NCBI RefSeq assembly: GCF_009914755.1
Contig: NC_060944.1
From: the human T2T-CHM13v2.0 reference genome, Homo sapiens
DNA length: 64,000 nt
Direction: 5' to 3' (one strand)
Shown: one piece after another, positions 12,638-24,800 of the stretch
Position numbering within the stretch: the stretch's first letter is position 1
How the letters are laid out: every line of letters starts with the position of its first letter
Program-made: the position numbers and the translations under genes
Notes under the pieces: generated by a model
Told to the model about the DNA's origin: nothing
The model's input: the letters and a program-made list of their open reading frames with translations, nothing else
Databases searched by the model: none

Positions 12638-13833
12638 AGTTTCAACTCTGTGAGTTGAACGCACACATCACAAAGACGTTTCTGAGAATGCTTCTGCTCT
12701 AGTTTTTTTGTGAAGGTGTTTCCTTTTCCACCATAGGCCTCAAAGCGCTCCAAATATCCACTTGCAGATTCTTCAGAAAGAGTGTTTCAAAACTGCTCAA
12801 TCATAGGAAAAGTTCAACTCTGTGAGTTGAATGCACACAACACAAAGAAGTTTCTGAGAATGCTTCTGTCTAGTTTTTATGTGAAGATATTTCCTTTTAC
12901 ACCATAGGCCTCAAACTGCTCCAAATATCCACTTGTGGATTCTACAAAAAGACTTTTTCAAAACTGCTCTATCAAAGAAAAAGGTTCAACTCTGTGAGTT
13001 GAATGCACACATCACAAAGAAGTTTCTGAGAATGCTTCTGCTCTAGTTTTTTTTGTGAAGGTGTTTCCTTTTCCACCATAGGCCTCAAAGCGCTCCAAAT
13101 ATCCACTTTCAGATTCCTGAAAAAGAGTGTTTTAAAACTCCTCTATGAACATAAATGTTCAACTCTGTGAGTTGAATGCACTCATCACAAAGATATTTCT
13201 GAGAATGCTTCCGCCTAGATTTTATGTGTAGGTATTTCCTTTTCCACCATAGGCCTCAGAGCACTCCAAATATCCACTTTCAGATTCTAGAAAAAGAGTG
13301 ATTTAAAACTGCTCTATCAACAGAAAGGTTCGACTGTGTGAGTTGAATGCACTTATCACAAAGAAGTTTCTGAGAATGCTTCTGTCTAGTTTTTATGTGA
13401 AGATATTTCCTTTTCCACCATAAGCCTCAAAGCGCTCCAAATATCTACTTACAGATTCTACAAAAAGAGTTTCAAAACTGCTCTACAAAAGAAAGGTTCA
13501 ACTCTGCGAGTTGAATTCACACATCACAAAGAAGTTTCAGAGAATGCTTCTGTCTACTTTTTATGTGAAGATATTCCCTTTTACACCATAGGCCTCAAAC
13601 CGCTCCAAATATCCACTTGCAGATTCTGCAAAAAGACTTTTTCAAAACTGCTCAATCAAAGGAAAGGTCAACACTGTGAGTTGAATGCACACAACACAAA
13701 CAAGTTTCTGAGAATGCTGCTGTCTAGTTTTTATGTGCGGATATTTCCTTTTCCACCACAGGCATCAAAGCGCTCCAAATATCCAACTGCAGATTCTACA
13801 AAAAGAGTGTTTCAAAACTGCTCTATCAAAGAA
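12638..13833 (-). repeat. 7-mer HOR variant (monomer C deleted; B/C hybrid)
   Basis: B body ends in a C-type tail (GACTTTTTCAAAACTGCTC|TATCAAAGAAAAAGG, ~12958-12969) directly followed by D; A-to-A distance 1196. Confidence 0.87.
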
Positions 13834-16800
13834 AGGTTCAACTCTGTGAGTTGAATGCACACATCACAAAGACGTTTCTGAGAATGCTTCTGCTCTAGTT
13901 TTTTTGTGAAGGTGTTTCCTTTTCCACAATAGGCCTCAAAGCACTCCAAATATCCAGTTGCAGATTCTTCAGAAAGAGTGTTTCAAAACTGCTCAATCAT
14001 AGGAAAAGTTCAACTCTGAGAGTTGAATGCACACAACACAAAGAAATTTCTGAGAATGCTTCTGTCTAGTTTTTATGTGAAGATATTTCCTTTTACACCA
14101 TAGGCCTCAAACTGCTCCAAATATCCACTTGTGGATTCTACAAAAAGACTTTTTCAAAACTGCTCAATCAAAGGAAAGGTTCAACTCTGTGAGTTGAATG
14201 CACACAAAACAAACAAGTTTCTGAGAATGCTGCTGTCTAGATTTTATGTGCGGATATTTCGTTTTCCACCATAGGCATCAAAGCGCTCCAAATATCCAAC
14301 CGCAGATTGTACAAAAATAGTGTTTCAAAACTGCTCTATCAAAAAAAAAGGTTCAACTCTGTGAGTTGAATGCCCACATCACAAAGAAGTTTCTGAGAAT
14401 GCTTCTGCTCTAGTTTTTTTTGTGAAGGTGTTTCCTTTTCCACCATAGGCCCCAAAGCGCTCCAAATATCCACTTTCAGATTCCTGAAAAAGAGTGTTTT
14501 AAAACTCCTCTATGAACAGAAATGTTCAACTCTGTGAGTTGAATGCACTCATCACAAAGATATTTCTGAGAATGCTTCCGCCTAGTTTTTATGTGTAGGT
14601 ATTTCCTTTTCCACCATAGGCCTCAGAGCAATCCAAATATCCACTTTCAGATTCTAGAAAAAGAGTGATTTAAAACTGCTCTATCAACAGAAAGGTTCGA
14701 CTCTGTGAGTTGAATGCAGTTATCACAAAGAAGTTTCTGAGAATGCTTCTGTCTAGTTTTTATGTGAAGATATTTCCTTTTCCACCATAAGCCTCAAAGC
14801 GCTCCAAATATCTACTTACAGATTCTACAAAAAGAGTTTCAAAACTGCTCTACAAAAGAAAGGTTCAACTCTGCGAGTTGAATTCACACATCACAAAGAA
14901 GTTTCAGAGAATGCTTCTGTCTAGTTTTTATGTGAAGATATTTCCTTTTACACCATAGGCCTCAAACCGCTCCAAATATCCACTTGCAGATTCTGCAAAA
15001 AGACTTTTTCAAAACTGCTCAATCAAAGGAAAGGTCAACTCTGTGAGTTGAATGCACACAACACAAACAAGTTTCTGAGAATGCTGCTGTCTAGTTTTTA
15101 TGTGCGGATATTTCCTTTTCCACCATAGGCATCAAAGCGCTCCAAATATCCAACTGCAGATTCTACAAAAAGAGTGTTTCAAAACTGCTCTATCAAAGAA
15201 AGGTTCAACTCTGTGAGTTGAACGCACACATCACAAAGACGTTTCTGAGAATGCTTCTGCTCTAGTTTTTTTGTGTAGGTGTTTCCTTTTCCACCATAGG
15301 CCTCAAAGCGCTCCAAATATCCACTTGCAGATTCTTCAGAAAGAGTGTTTCAAAACTGCTCAATCATAGGAAAAGTTCAACTCTGTGAGTTGAATGCACA
15401 CAACACAAAGAAGTTTCTGAGAATGCTTCTGTCTAGTTTTTATGTGAAGATATTTCCTTTTACACCATAGGCCTCAAACTGCTCCAAATATCCACTTGTG
15501 GATTCTACAAAAAGACTTTTTCAAAACTGCTCAATCAAAGGAAAGGTTCAACTCTGTGAGTTGAATGCACACAACACAAACAAGTTTCTGAGAATGCTGC
15601 TGTCTAGATTTTATGTGCGGATATTTCGTTTTCCACCATAGGCATCAAAGCGCTCCAAATATCCAACCGCAGATTGTACAAAAATAGTGTTTCAAAACTG
15701 CTCTATGAAAAAAAAAGGTTCAACTCTGTGAGTTCAATGCACACATCACAAAGAAGTTTCTGAGAATGCTTCTGCTCTAGTTTTTTTTGTGAAGGTGTTT
15801 CCTTTTCCACCATAGGCCTCAAAGCGCTCCAAATATCCACTTTCAGATTCCTGAAAAAGAGTGTTTTAAAACTCCTGTATGAACAGAAATGTTCAACTCT
15901 GTGAGTTGAATGCACTCATCACAAAGATATTTCTGAGAATGCTTCCGCCTAGTTTTTATGTGTAGGTATTTCCTTTTCCACCATAGGCCTCAGAGCATTC
16001 CAAATATCCACTTTCAGATTCTAGAAAAAGAGTGATTTAAAACTGCTCTATCAACAGAAAGGTTCGACTCTGTGAGTTGAATGCACTTATCACAAAGAAG
16101 TTTCTGAGAATGCTTCTGTCTAGTTTTTATGTGAACATATTTCCTTTTCCACCATAAGCCTCAAAGCGCTCCAAATATCTACTTACAGATTCTACAAAAA
16201 GAGTTTCAAAACTGCTCTACAAAAGAAAGGTTCAACTCTGCGAGTTGAATTCACACATCACAAAGAAGTTTCAGAGAATGCTTCTGTCTAGTTTTTATGT
16301 GAAGATATTTCCTTTTACACCATAGGCCTCAAACCGCTCCAAATATCCACTTGCAGATTCTGCAAAAAGACTTTTTCAAAACTGCTCAATCAAAGGAAAG
16401 GTCAACTCTGTGAGTTGAATGCACACAACACAAACAAGTTTCTGAGAATGCTGCTGTCTAGTTTTTATGTGCGGATATTTCCTTTTGCACCATAGGCATC
16501 AAAGCGCTCCAAATATCCAACTGCAGATTCTACAAAAAGAGTGTTTCAAAACTGCTCTATCAAAGAAAGGTTCAACTCTGTGAGTTGAATGCACACATCA
16601 CAAAGACGTTTCTGAGAATGCTTCTGCTCTAGTTTTTTTGTGAAGGTGTTTCCTTTTCCACCATAGGCCTCAAAGCGCTCCAAATATCCACTTGCAGATT
16701 CTTCAGAAAGAGTGTTTCAAAACTGCTCAATCATAGGAAAAGTTCAACTCTGTGAGTTGAATGCACACAACACAAAGAAGTTTCTGAGAATGCTTCTGTC

Positions 16801-18622
16801 TAGTTTTTATGTGAAGATATTTCCTTTTACACCATGGGCCTCAAACTGCTCCAAATATCCACTTGTGGATTCTACAAAAAGACTTTTTCAAAACTGCTCA
16901 ATCAAAGGAAAGGTTCAACTCTGTGAGTTGAATGCACACAACACAAACAAGTTTCTGAGAATGCTGCTGTCTAGATTTTATGTGCGGATATTTCGTTTTC
17001 CACCATAGGCATCAAAGCGCTCCAAATGTCCAACCGCAGATTGTACAAAAATAGTGTTTCAAAACTGCTCTATGAAAAAAAAAGGTTCAACTCTGTGAGT
17101 TGAATGCACACATCACAAAGAAGTTTCTGAGAATGCTTCTGCTCTAGTTTTTTTTGTGAAGGTGTTTCCTTTTCCACCATAGGCCTCAAAGCGCTCCAAA
17201 TATCCACTTTCAGATTCCTGAAAAAGAGTGTTTTAAAACTCCTGTATGAACAGAAATGTTCAACTCTGTGAGTTGAATGCACTCATCACAAAGATATTTC
17301 TGAGAATGCTTCCGCCTAGTTTTTATGTGTAGGTATTTCCTTTTCCACCATAGGCCTCAGAGCACTCCAAATATCCACTTTCAGATTCTAGAAAAAGAGT
17401 GATTTAAAACTGCTCTATCAACAGAAAGGTTCGACTCTGTGAGTTGAATGCACTTATCACAAAGAAGTTTCTGAGAATGCTTCTGTCTAGTTTTTATGTG
17501 AAGATATTTCCTTTTCCACCATAAGCCTCAAAGCGCTCCAAATATCTACTTACAGATTCTACAAAAAGAGTTTCAAAACTGCTCTACAAAAGAAACGTTC
17601 AACTCTGCGAGTTGAATTCACACATCACAAAGAAGTTTCAGAGAATGCTTCTGTCTAGTTTTTATGTGAAGATATTTCCTTTTACACCATAGGCCTCAAA
17701 CCGCTCCAAATATCCACTTGCAGATTCTGCAAAAAGACTTTTTCAAAACTGCTCAATCAAAGGAAAGGTCAACTCTGTGAGTTGAATGCACACAACACAA
17801 ACAAGTTTCTGAGAATGCTGCTGTCTAGTTTTTATGTGCGGATATTTCCTTTTGCACCATAGGCATCAAAGCGCTCCAAATATCCAACTGCAGATTCTAC
17901 AAAAAGAGTGTTTCAAAACTGCTCTATCAAAGAAAGGTTCAACTCTGTGAGTTGAATGCACACATCACAAAGACGTTTCTGAGAATGCTTCTGCTCTAGT
18001 TTTTTTGTGAAGGTGTTTCCTTTTCCACCATAGGCCTCAAAGCGCTCCAAATATCCACTTGCAGATTCTTCAGAAAGAGTGTTTCAAAACTGCTCAATCA
18101 TAGGAAAAGTTGAACTCTGTGAGTTGAATGCACACAACACAAAGAAGTTTCTGAGAATGCTTCTGTCTAGTTTTTATGTGAAGATATTTCCTTTTACACC
18201 ATGGGCCTCAAACTGCTCCAAATATCCACTTGTGGATTTTACAAAAAGACTTTTTCAAAACTGCTCAATCAAAGGAAAGGTTCAACTCTGTGAGTTGAAT
18301 GCACACAACACAAACAAGTTTCTGAGAATGCTGCTGTCTAGATTTTATGTGCGGGTATTTCGTTTTCCACCATAGGCATCAAAGCGCTCCAAATGTCCAA
18401 CCGCAGATTGTACAAAAATAGTGTTTCAAAACTGCTCTATGAAAAAAAAAGGTTCAACTCTGTGAGTTGAATGCACACATCACAAAGAAGTTTCTGAGAA
18501 TGCTTCTGCTCTAGTTTTTTTTGTGAAGGTGTTTCCTTTTCCACCATAGGCCTCAAAGCGCTCCAAAAATCCACTTTCAGATTCCTGAAAAAGAGTGTTT
18601 TAAAACTCCTCTATGAACAGAA
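13834..18622 (-). repeat. Run of canonical 8-mer HORs (3.5 copies) with shared private variants
   Basis: A at 13834, 15201, 16568 and 17935; shared TATGAACAGAAATG, CTATGAAAAAAAAA, TTTTGCACC and ACCATGGGCC across neighbouring copies. Confidence 0.9.
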
Positions 18623-19992
18623 ATGTTCAACTCTGTGAGTTGAATGCACTCATCACAAAGACGTTTCTGAGAATTCTTCTGCTCTAGTTTTTTTGTGAAG
18701 GTGTTTCCTTTTCCACCATAGGCCTCAAAGCGCTCCAAATATCCACTTGCAGATTCTTCAGAAAGAGTGTTTCAAAACTGCTCAATCATAGGAAAAGTTC
18801 AACTCTGTGACTTGAATGCACACAACACAAAGAAGTTTCTGAGAATGCTTCTGTCTAGTTTTTATGTGAAGATATTTCCTTTTACACCATAGGCCTCAAA
18901 CTGCTCCAAATATCCACTTGTGGATTCTACAAAAAGACTTTTTCAAAACTGCTCAATCAAAGGAAAGGTTCAACTCTGTGAGTTGAATGCACACAACACA
19001 AACAAGTTTCTGAGAATGCTGCTGTCTAGATTTTATGTGCGGATATTTCGTTTTCCACCATAGGCATCAAAGCGCTCCAAACATCCAACCGCAGATTGTA
19101 CAAAAATAGTGTTTCAAAACTGCTCTATCAAAAAAAAGGTTCAACTCTGTGAGTTGAATGCACACATCACAAAGACGTTTCTGAGAATGCTTCTGCTCTA
19201 GTTTTTTTGTGAAGGTGTTTCCTTTTCCACCATAGGCCTCACAGCGCTCCAAATATCCACTTGCAGATTCTTCAGAAAGAGTGTTTCAAAACTCCTCAAT
19301 CATAGGAAAAGTTCAACTCTGTGAGTTGAATGCACACAACACAAAGAAGTTTCTGAGAATGCTTCTGTCTAGTTTTTATGTGAAGATATTTCCTTTTACA
19401 CCATAGGCCTCAAACTGCTCCAAATATCCACTTGTGGATTCTACAAAAAGACTTTTTCAAAACTGCTCAATCAAAGAAAGGTTCAACTCTGTGAGTTGAA
19501 TGCACACAACACAAACAAGTTTCTGAGAATGCTTCTGTCTAGTTTTTATGTGAAGATATTTCCTTTTACACCATAGGCCTCAAACTGCTCCAAATATCCA
19601 CTTGTGGATTCTACAAAAAGACTTTTTCAAAACTGCTCAATCAAAGGAAAGGTTCAACCCTGTGAGTTGAATTCACACATCACAAAGAAGTTTCAGAGAA
19701 TGCTTCTGTCTAGTTTTTACGTGAAGATATTTCCTTTTACACCATAGGCCTCAAACTGCTCCAAATATCCACTTGCAGATTCTGCAAAAAGACTTTTTCA
19801 AAACTGCTCAATCAAAGGAAAGGTTCAACTCTATGAGCTGAATGCACACAACACAAACAAGTTTCTGAGAATGCTGCTGTCTAGATTTTATGTGCGGATA
19901 TTTCGTTTTCCACCATAGGCATCAAAGCGCTCCAAATATCCAACCGCAGATTGTACAAAAATAGTGTTTCAAAACTGCTCTATCAAAAAAAA
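18623..19992 (-). repeat. Scrambled monomer segment (E/A, B, C, A, B, C/B, G, C)
   Basis: E head joined to A body at ~18660; C followed directly by A at 19137; three consecutive B/G-type monomers at ~19310-19820; G followed by C. Confidence 0.8.
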
Positions 19993-20844
19993 AGGTTCAA
20001 CTCTGTGAGTTGAATGCACACATCACAAAGAAGTTTCTGAGAATGCTTCTGCTCTAGTTTTTTTTGTGAAGGTGTTTCCTTTTCCACCATAGGCCTCAAA
20101 GCGCTCCAAATATCCACTTTCAGATTCCTGAAAAAGAGTGTTTTAAAACTCCTCTATCAACATAAATGTTCAACTCTGTGAGTTGAATGCACTCATCACA
20201 AAGATATTTCTGAGAATGCTTCCGCCTAGTTTTTATGTGTAGGTATTTCCTTTTCCACCATAGGCCTCAGAGCACTCCAAATATCCACTTTCAGATTCTA
20301 GAAAAAGAGTGATTTAAAACTGCTCTATCAACAGAAAGGTTCTACTCTGTGAGTTGAATGCACTTATGACAACGAAGTTTCTGAGAATGCTTCTGTCTAG
20401 TATTTATGTGAAGATATTCCCTTTTCCACCATAAGCCTCAAAGCGCTCCAAATATCTACTTACAGATTCTACAAAAAGAGTTTCAAAACTGCTCTACAAA
20501 AGAAAGGTTCAACTCTGCGAGTTGAATTCACACATCACAAAGAAGTTTCAGAGAATGCTTCTGTCTAGTTTTTACGTGAAGATATTTCCTTTTACACCAT
20601 AGGCCTCAAACCGCTCCAAATATCCACTTGCAGATTCTGCAAAAAGACTTTTTCAAAACTGCTCAATCAAAGGAAAGGTGAACTCTGTGAGTTGAATGCA
20701 CACAACACAAACAAGTTTCTGAGAATGCTGCTGTCTAGTTTTTATGTGCGGATATTTCCTTTTCCAACATAGGCATCAAAGCGCTCCAAATATCCAACTG
20801 CAGATTCTACAAAAAGAGTGTTTCAAAACTGCTCTATCAAAGAA

Positions 20845-21524
20845 AGGTTCAATTCTGTGAGTTGAATGCACACATCAAAAAGACGTTTCTGAGAATGCTT
20901 CTGCTCCAGTTTTTTTGTGAAGGTCTTTCCTTTTCCACCATAGGCCTCAAAGCGCTCCAAATATCCACTTGCAGATCCTTCAGAAAGAGTGTTTCAAAAC
21001 TGCTGAATCATAGGAAAAGTTCAACTCTGTGAGTTGAATGCACACAACACAAAGAAGTTTCTGAGAATGCTTCTGTCTAGTTTTTATGTGAAGATATTTC
21101 CTTTTCCACCATAAGCCTCAAAGCGCTCCAAATATCTACTTACAGATTCTACAAAAAGAGTTTCAAAACTGCTCTACAAAAGAAAGGTTCAACTCTGCGA
21201 GTTGAATTCACACATCACAAAGAAGTTTCAGAGAATGCTTCTGTCTAGTTTTTATGTGAAGATATTTCCTTTTACACCATAGGCCTCAAACCGCTCCAAA
21301 TATCCACTTGCAGATTCTGCAAAAAGACTTTTTCAAAACTGCTCAATCAAAGGAAAGGTCAACTCTGTGAGTTGAATGCAAACAACACAAACAAGTTTCT
21401 GAGAATGCTGCTGTCTAGTTTTTATGTGCGGATATTTCCTTTTCCACCATAGGCATCAAAGCGCTCCAAATATCCAACTGCAGATTCTACAAAAAGTGTG
21501 TTTCAAAACTGCTCTATCAAAGAA
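20845..21524 (-). repeat. 4-mer HOR variant (A B/F G H)
   Basis: B head (ATAGGAAAAGTTC...CACACAACAC) with F tail (CCATAAGCC, TCTACTTACAG); A-to-A distance 680. Confidence 0.85.
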
Positions 21525-21899
21525 AGGTTCAACTCTGTGAGTTGAATGCACACATCACAAAGACGTTTCTGAGAATGCTTCTGCTCTAGTTTTTTTGTGA
21601 AGGTGTTTCCTTTTCCACCATAGGCCTCAAAGCGCTCCAAATATCCACTTGCAGATTCTTCAGAAAGAGTGTTTCAAAACTGCTCAATCATAGGAAAAGT
21701 TCAACTCTGTGAGTTGAATGCACACAACACAAAGAAGTTTCTGAGAATGCTTCTGTCTAGTTTTTATGTGAAGATATTTCCTTTTACACCATAGGCCTCA
21801 AACTGCTCCAAATATCCACTTGTGGATTCTACAAAAAGACTTTTTCAAAACTGCTCAATCAAAGGAAAGGTTCAACTCTGTGAGCTGAATGCACACAAC

Positions 21900-24800
21900 A
21901 CAAACAAGTTTCTGAGAATGCTGCTGTCTAGATTTTATGTGCGGATATTTCATTTTACACCATAGGCATCAAAGCGCTCCAAATATCCAACCGCAGATTG
22001 TACAAAAATAGTGTTTCAAAACTGCTCTATCCAAAAAAAAGATTCAACTCTGTGAGTTGAATGCACACATCACAAAGAAGTTTCTGAGAATGCTTCTGCT
22101 CTAGTTTTTTTTGTGAAGGTGTTTCCTTTTCCACCATAGGCCTCGAAGCGCTCCAAATATCCACTTTCAGATTCCTGAAAAAGAGTGTTTTAAAACTCCT
22201 CTATCAACATAAGTGTTCAACTCTGTGAGTTGAATGCACTCATCACAAGGATATTTCTGAGAATGCTTCCGCCTAGTTTTTATGTGTAGGTATTTCCTTT
22301 TCCACCATAGGCCTCAAAGCACTCCAAATATCCACTTTCAGATTCTAGAAAAAGAGTGATTTAAAACTGCTCTATCAACAGAAAGGTTCGACTCTGTGGG
22401 TTGAATGCACTTATCACAAAGAAGTTTCTGAGAATGCTTCTGTCTAGTTTTTATGTGAAGATATTTCCTTTTCCACCATAAGCCTCAAAGCGCTCCAAAT
22501 ATCTACTTACAGATTCTACAAAAAGAGTTTCAAAACTGCTCTACAAAAGAAAGGTTCAACTCTGCGAGTTGAATTCACACATCACAAAGAAGTTTCAGAG
22601 AATGCTTCTGTCTAGTTTTTATGTGAAGATATTTCCTTTTACACCATAGGCCTCAAACCGCTCCAAATATCCACTTGCAGATTCTGCAAAAAGACTTTTT
22701 CAAAACTGCTCAATCAAAGGAAAGGTCAACTCTGTGAGTTGAATGCACACAACACAAACAAGTTTCTGAGAATGCTGCTGTCTAGTTTTTATGTGCGGAT
22801 ATTTCCTTTTCCACCATAGGCATCAAAGCGCTCCAAATATCCAACTGCAGATTCTACAAAAAGAGTGTTTCAAAACTGCTCTTTCAAAGAAAGTTTCAAA
22901 TCTGTGAATTGAATGCACACATCACAAAGACGTTTCTGAGAATGCTTCTGCTCTATTTTTATTGTGAAGGTGTTTCCTTTTCCACCATAGGCCTCAAAGA
23001 GCTCCAAATATCCACTTGCAGATTCTTCAGAAGGAGTGTTTCAAAACTGCTCAGTCATAGGAAAAGTTCAACTCTGTGAGTTGAATGCACTTATCACAAA
23101 GAAGTTTCTGAGAATGCTTCTGTCTAGTTTTTATGTGAAGATATTTCCTTTTCCACCATAAGCCTCAAAGCGCTCCAAATATCTACTTACAGATTCTACA
23201 AAAAGAGTTTCAAAACTGCTCTACAAAAGAAAGGTTCAATTCTGCGAGTTGAATTCACACATCACAAAGAAGTTTCAGAGAATGCTTCTGTCTAGTTTTT
23301 ATGTGAAGATATTTCCTTTTACACCATAGGCCTCAAACCGCTCCAAATATCCACTTGCAGATTCTGCAAGAAGACTTTTTCAAAACTGCTCAATCAAAGG
23401 AAAGGTCAACTCTGTGAGTTGAATGCACACAACACAAACAAGTTTCTGAGAATGCTGCTGTCTAGATTTTATGTGCGGATATTTCGTTTTCCACCATAGG
23501 CATCAAAGCGCTTCAAATATCCAACCGCAGATTGTACAAAAATAGTGTTTCAAAACCGCTCTATCAAAAAAAAGGTTTCAACTCTTTGAGTTGAATGCAC
23601 ACATCAGAAAGAAGTTTCTGAGAATGCTTCTGCTCTAGTTTTTTTTTGTGAAGGTGTTTCCTTTTCCACCATAGTCCTCAAAGCGCTCCAAATATCCACT
23701 TTCAGATACCTGAAAAAGAGTGTTTTAAAACTCCTCTATCAACATAAATGTTCAACTCTGTGAGTTGAATGCACTCATCACAAAGATATTTCTGAGAATG
23801 CTTCCGCCTAGTTTTTATGTGTAGGTATTTCCTTTTCCACCATAGGCCTCAAAGCACTCCAAATATCCACTTTCAGATTCTAGAAAAAGAGTGATTTAAA
23901 ACTGCTCTATCAACAGAAAGGTTCGACTCAGTGAGTTGAATGCACTTATCACAAAGAAGTTTCTGAGAATACTTCTGTCAAGTTTTTATGTGAAGATATT
24001 TCCTTTTCCACCATAAGCCTCAAAGCGCTCCAAATATCTACTTACAGATTCTACAAAAAGAGTTTCAAAACTGCTCTACAAAAGAAAGGTTCAACTCTGT
24101 GAGTTGAATTCACACATCACAAAGAAGTTTCAGAGAATGCTTCTGTCTAGTTTTTATGTGAAGATATTTCCTTTTACACCATAGGCCTCAAACCGCTCCA
24201 AATATCCACTTGCAGATTCTGCAAAAAGACTTTTTCAAAACTGCTCAATCAAAGGAAAGGTCAACTCTGTGAGTTGAATGCACACAACACAAACAAGTTT
24301 CTGAGAATGCTGCTGTCTAGTTTTTATGTGCGGATATTTCCTTTTCCACCATAGGCATCAAAGCGCTCCAAATATCCAACTGCAGATTCTACAAAAAGAG
24401 TGTTTCAAAACTGCTCTATCAAAGAAAGGTTCAACTCTGTGAGTTGAATGCACACATCACAAAGACGTTTCTGAGAATGCTTCTGCTCTAGTTTTTTTGT
24501 GAAGGTGTTTCCTTTTCCACCATAGGCCTCAAAGCGCTCCAAATATCCACTTGCAGATTCTTCAGAAAGAGTGTTTCAAAACTGCTCAATCATAGGAAAA
24601 GTTCAACTCTGTGAGTTGAATGCACACAACACAAAGAAGTTTCTGAGAATGCTTCTGTCTAGTTTTTATGTGAAGCTATTTCCTTTTACACCATAGGTCT
24701 CAAACTGCTCAAATATCCACTTGTGGATTCTACAAAAAGACTTTTTCAAAACTGCTCAATCAAAGGAAAGGTTCAACTCTGTTAGCTGAATGCACACAAC

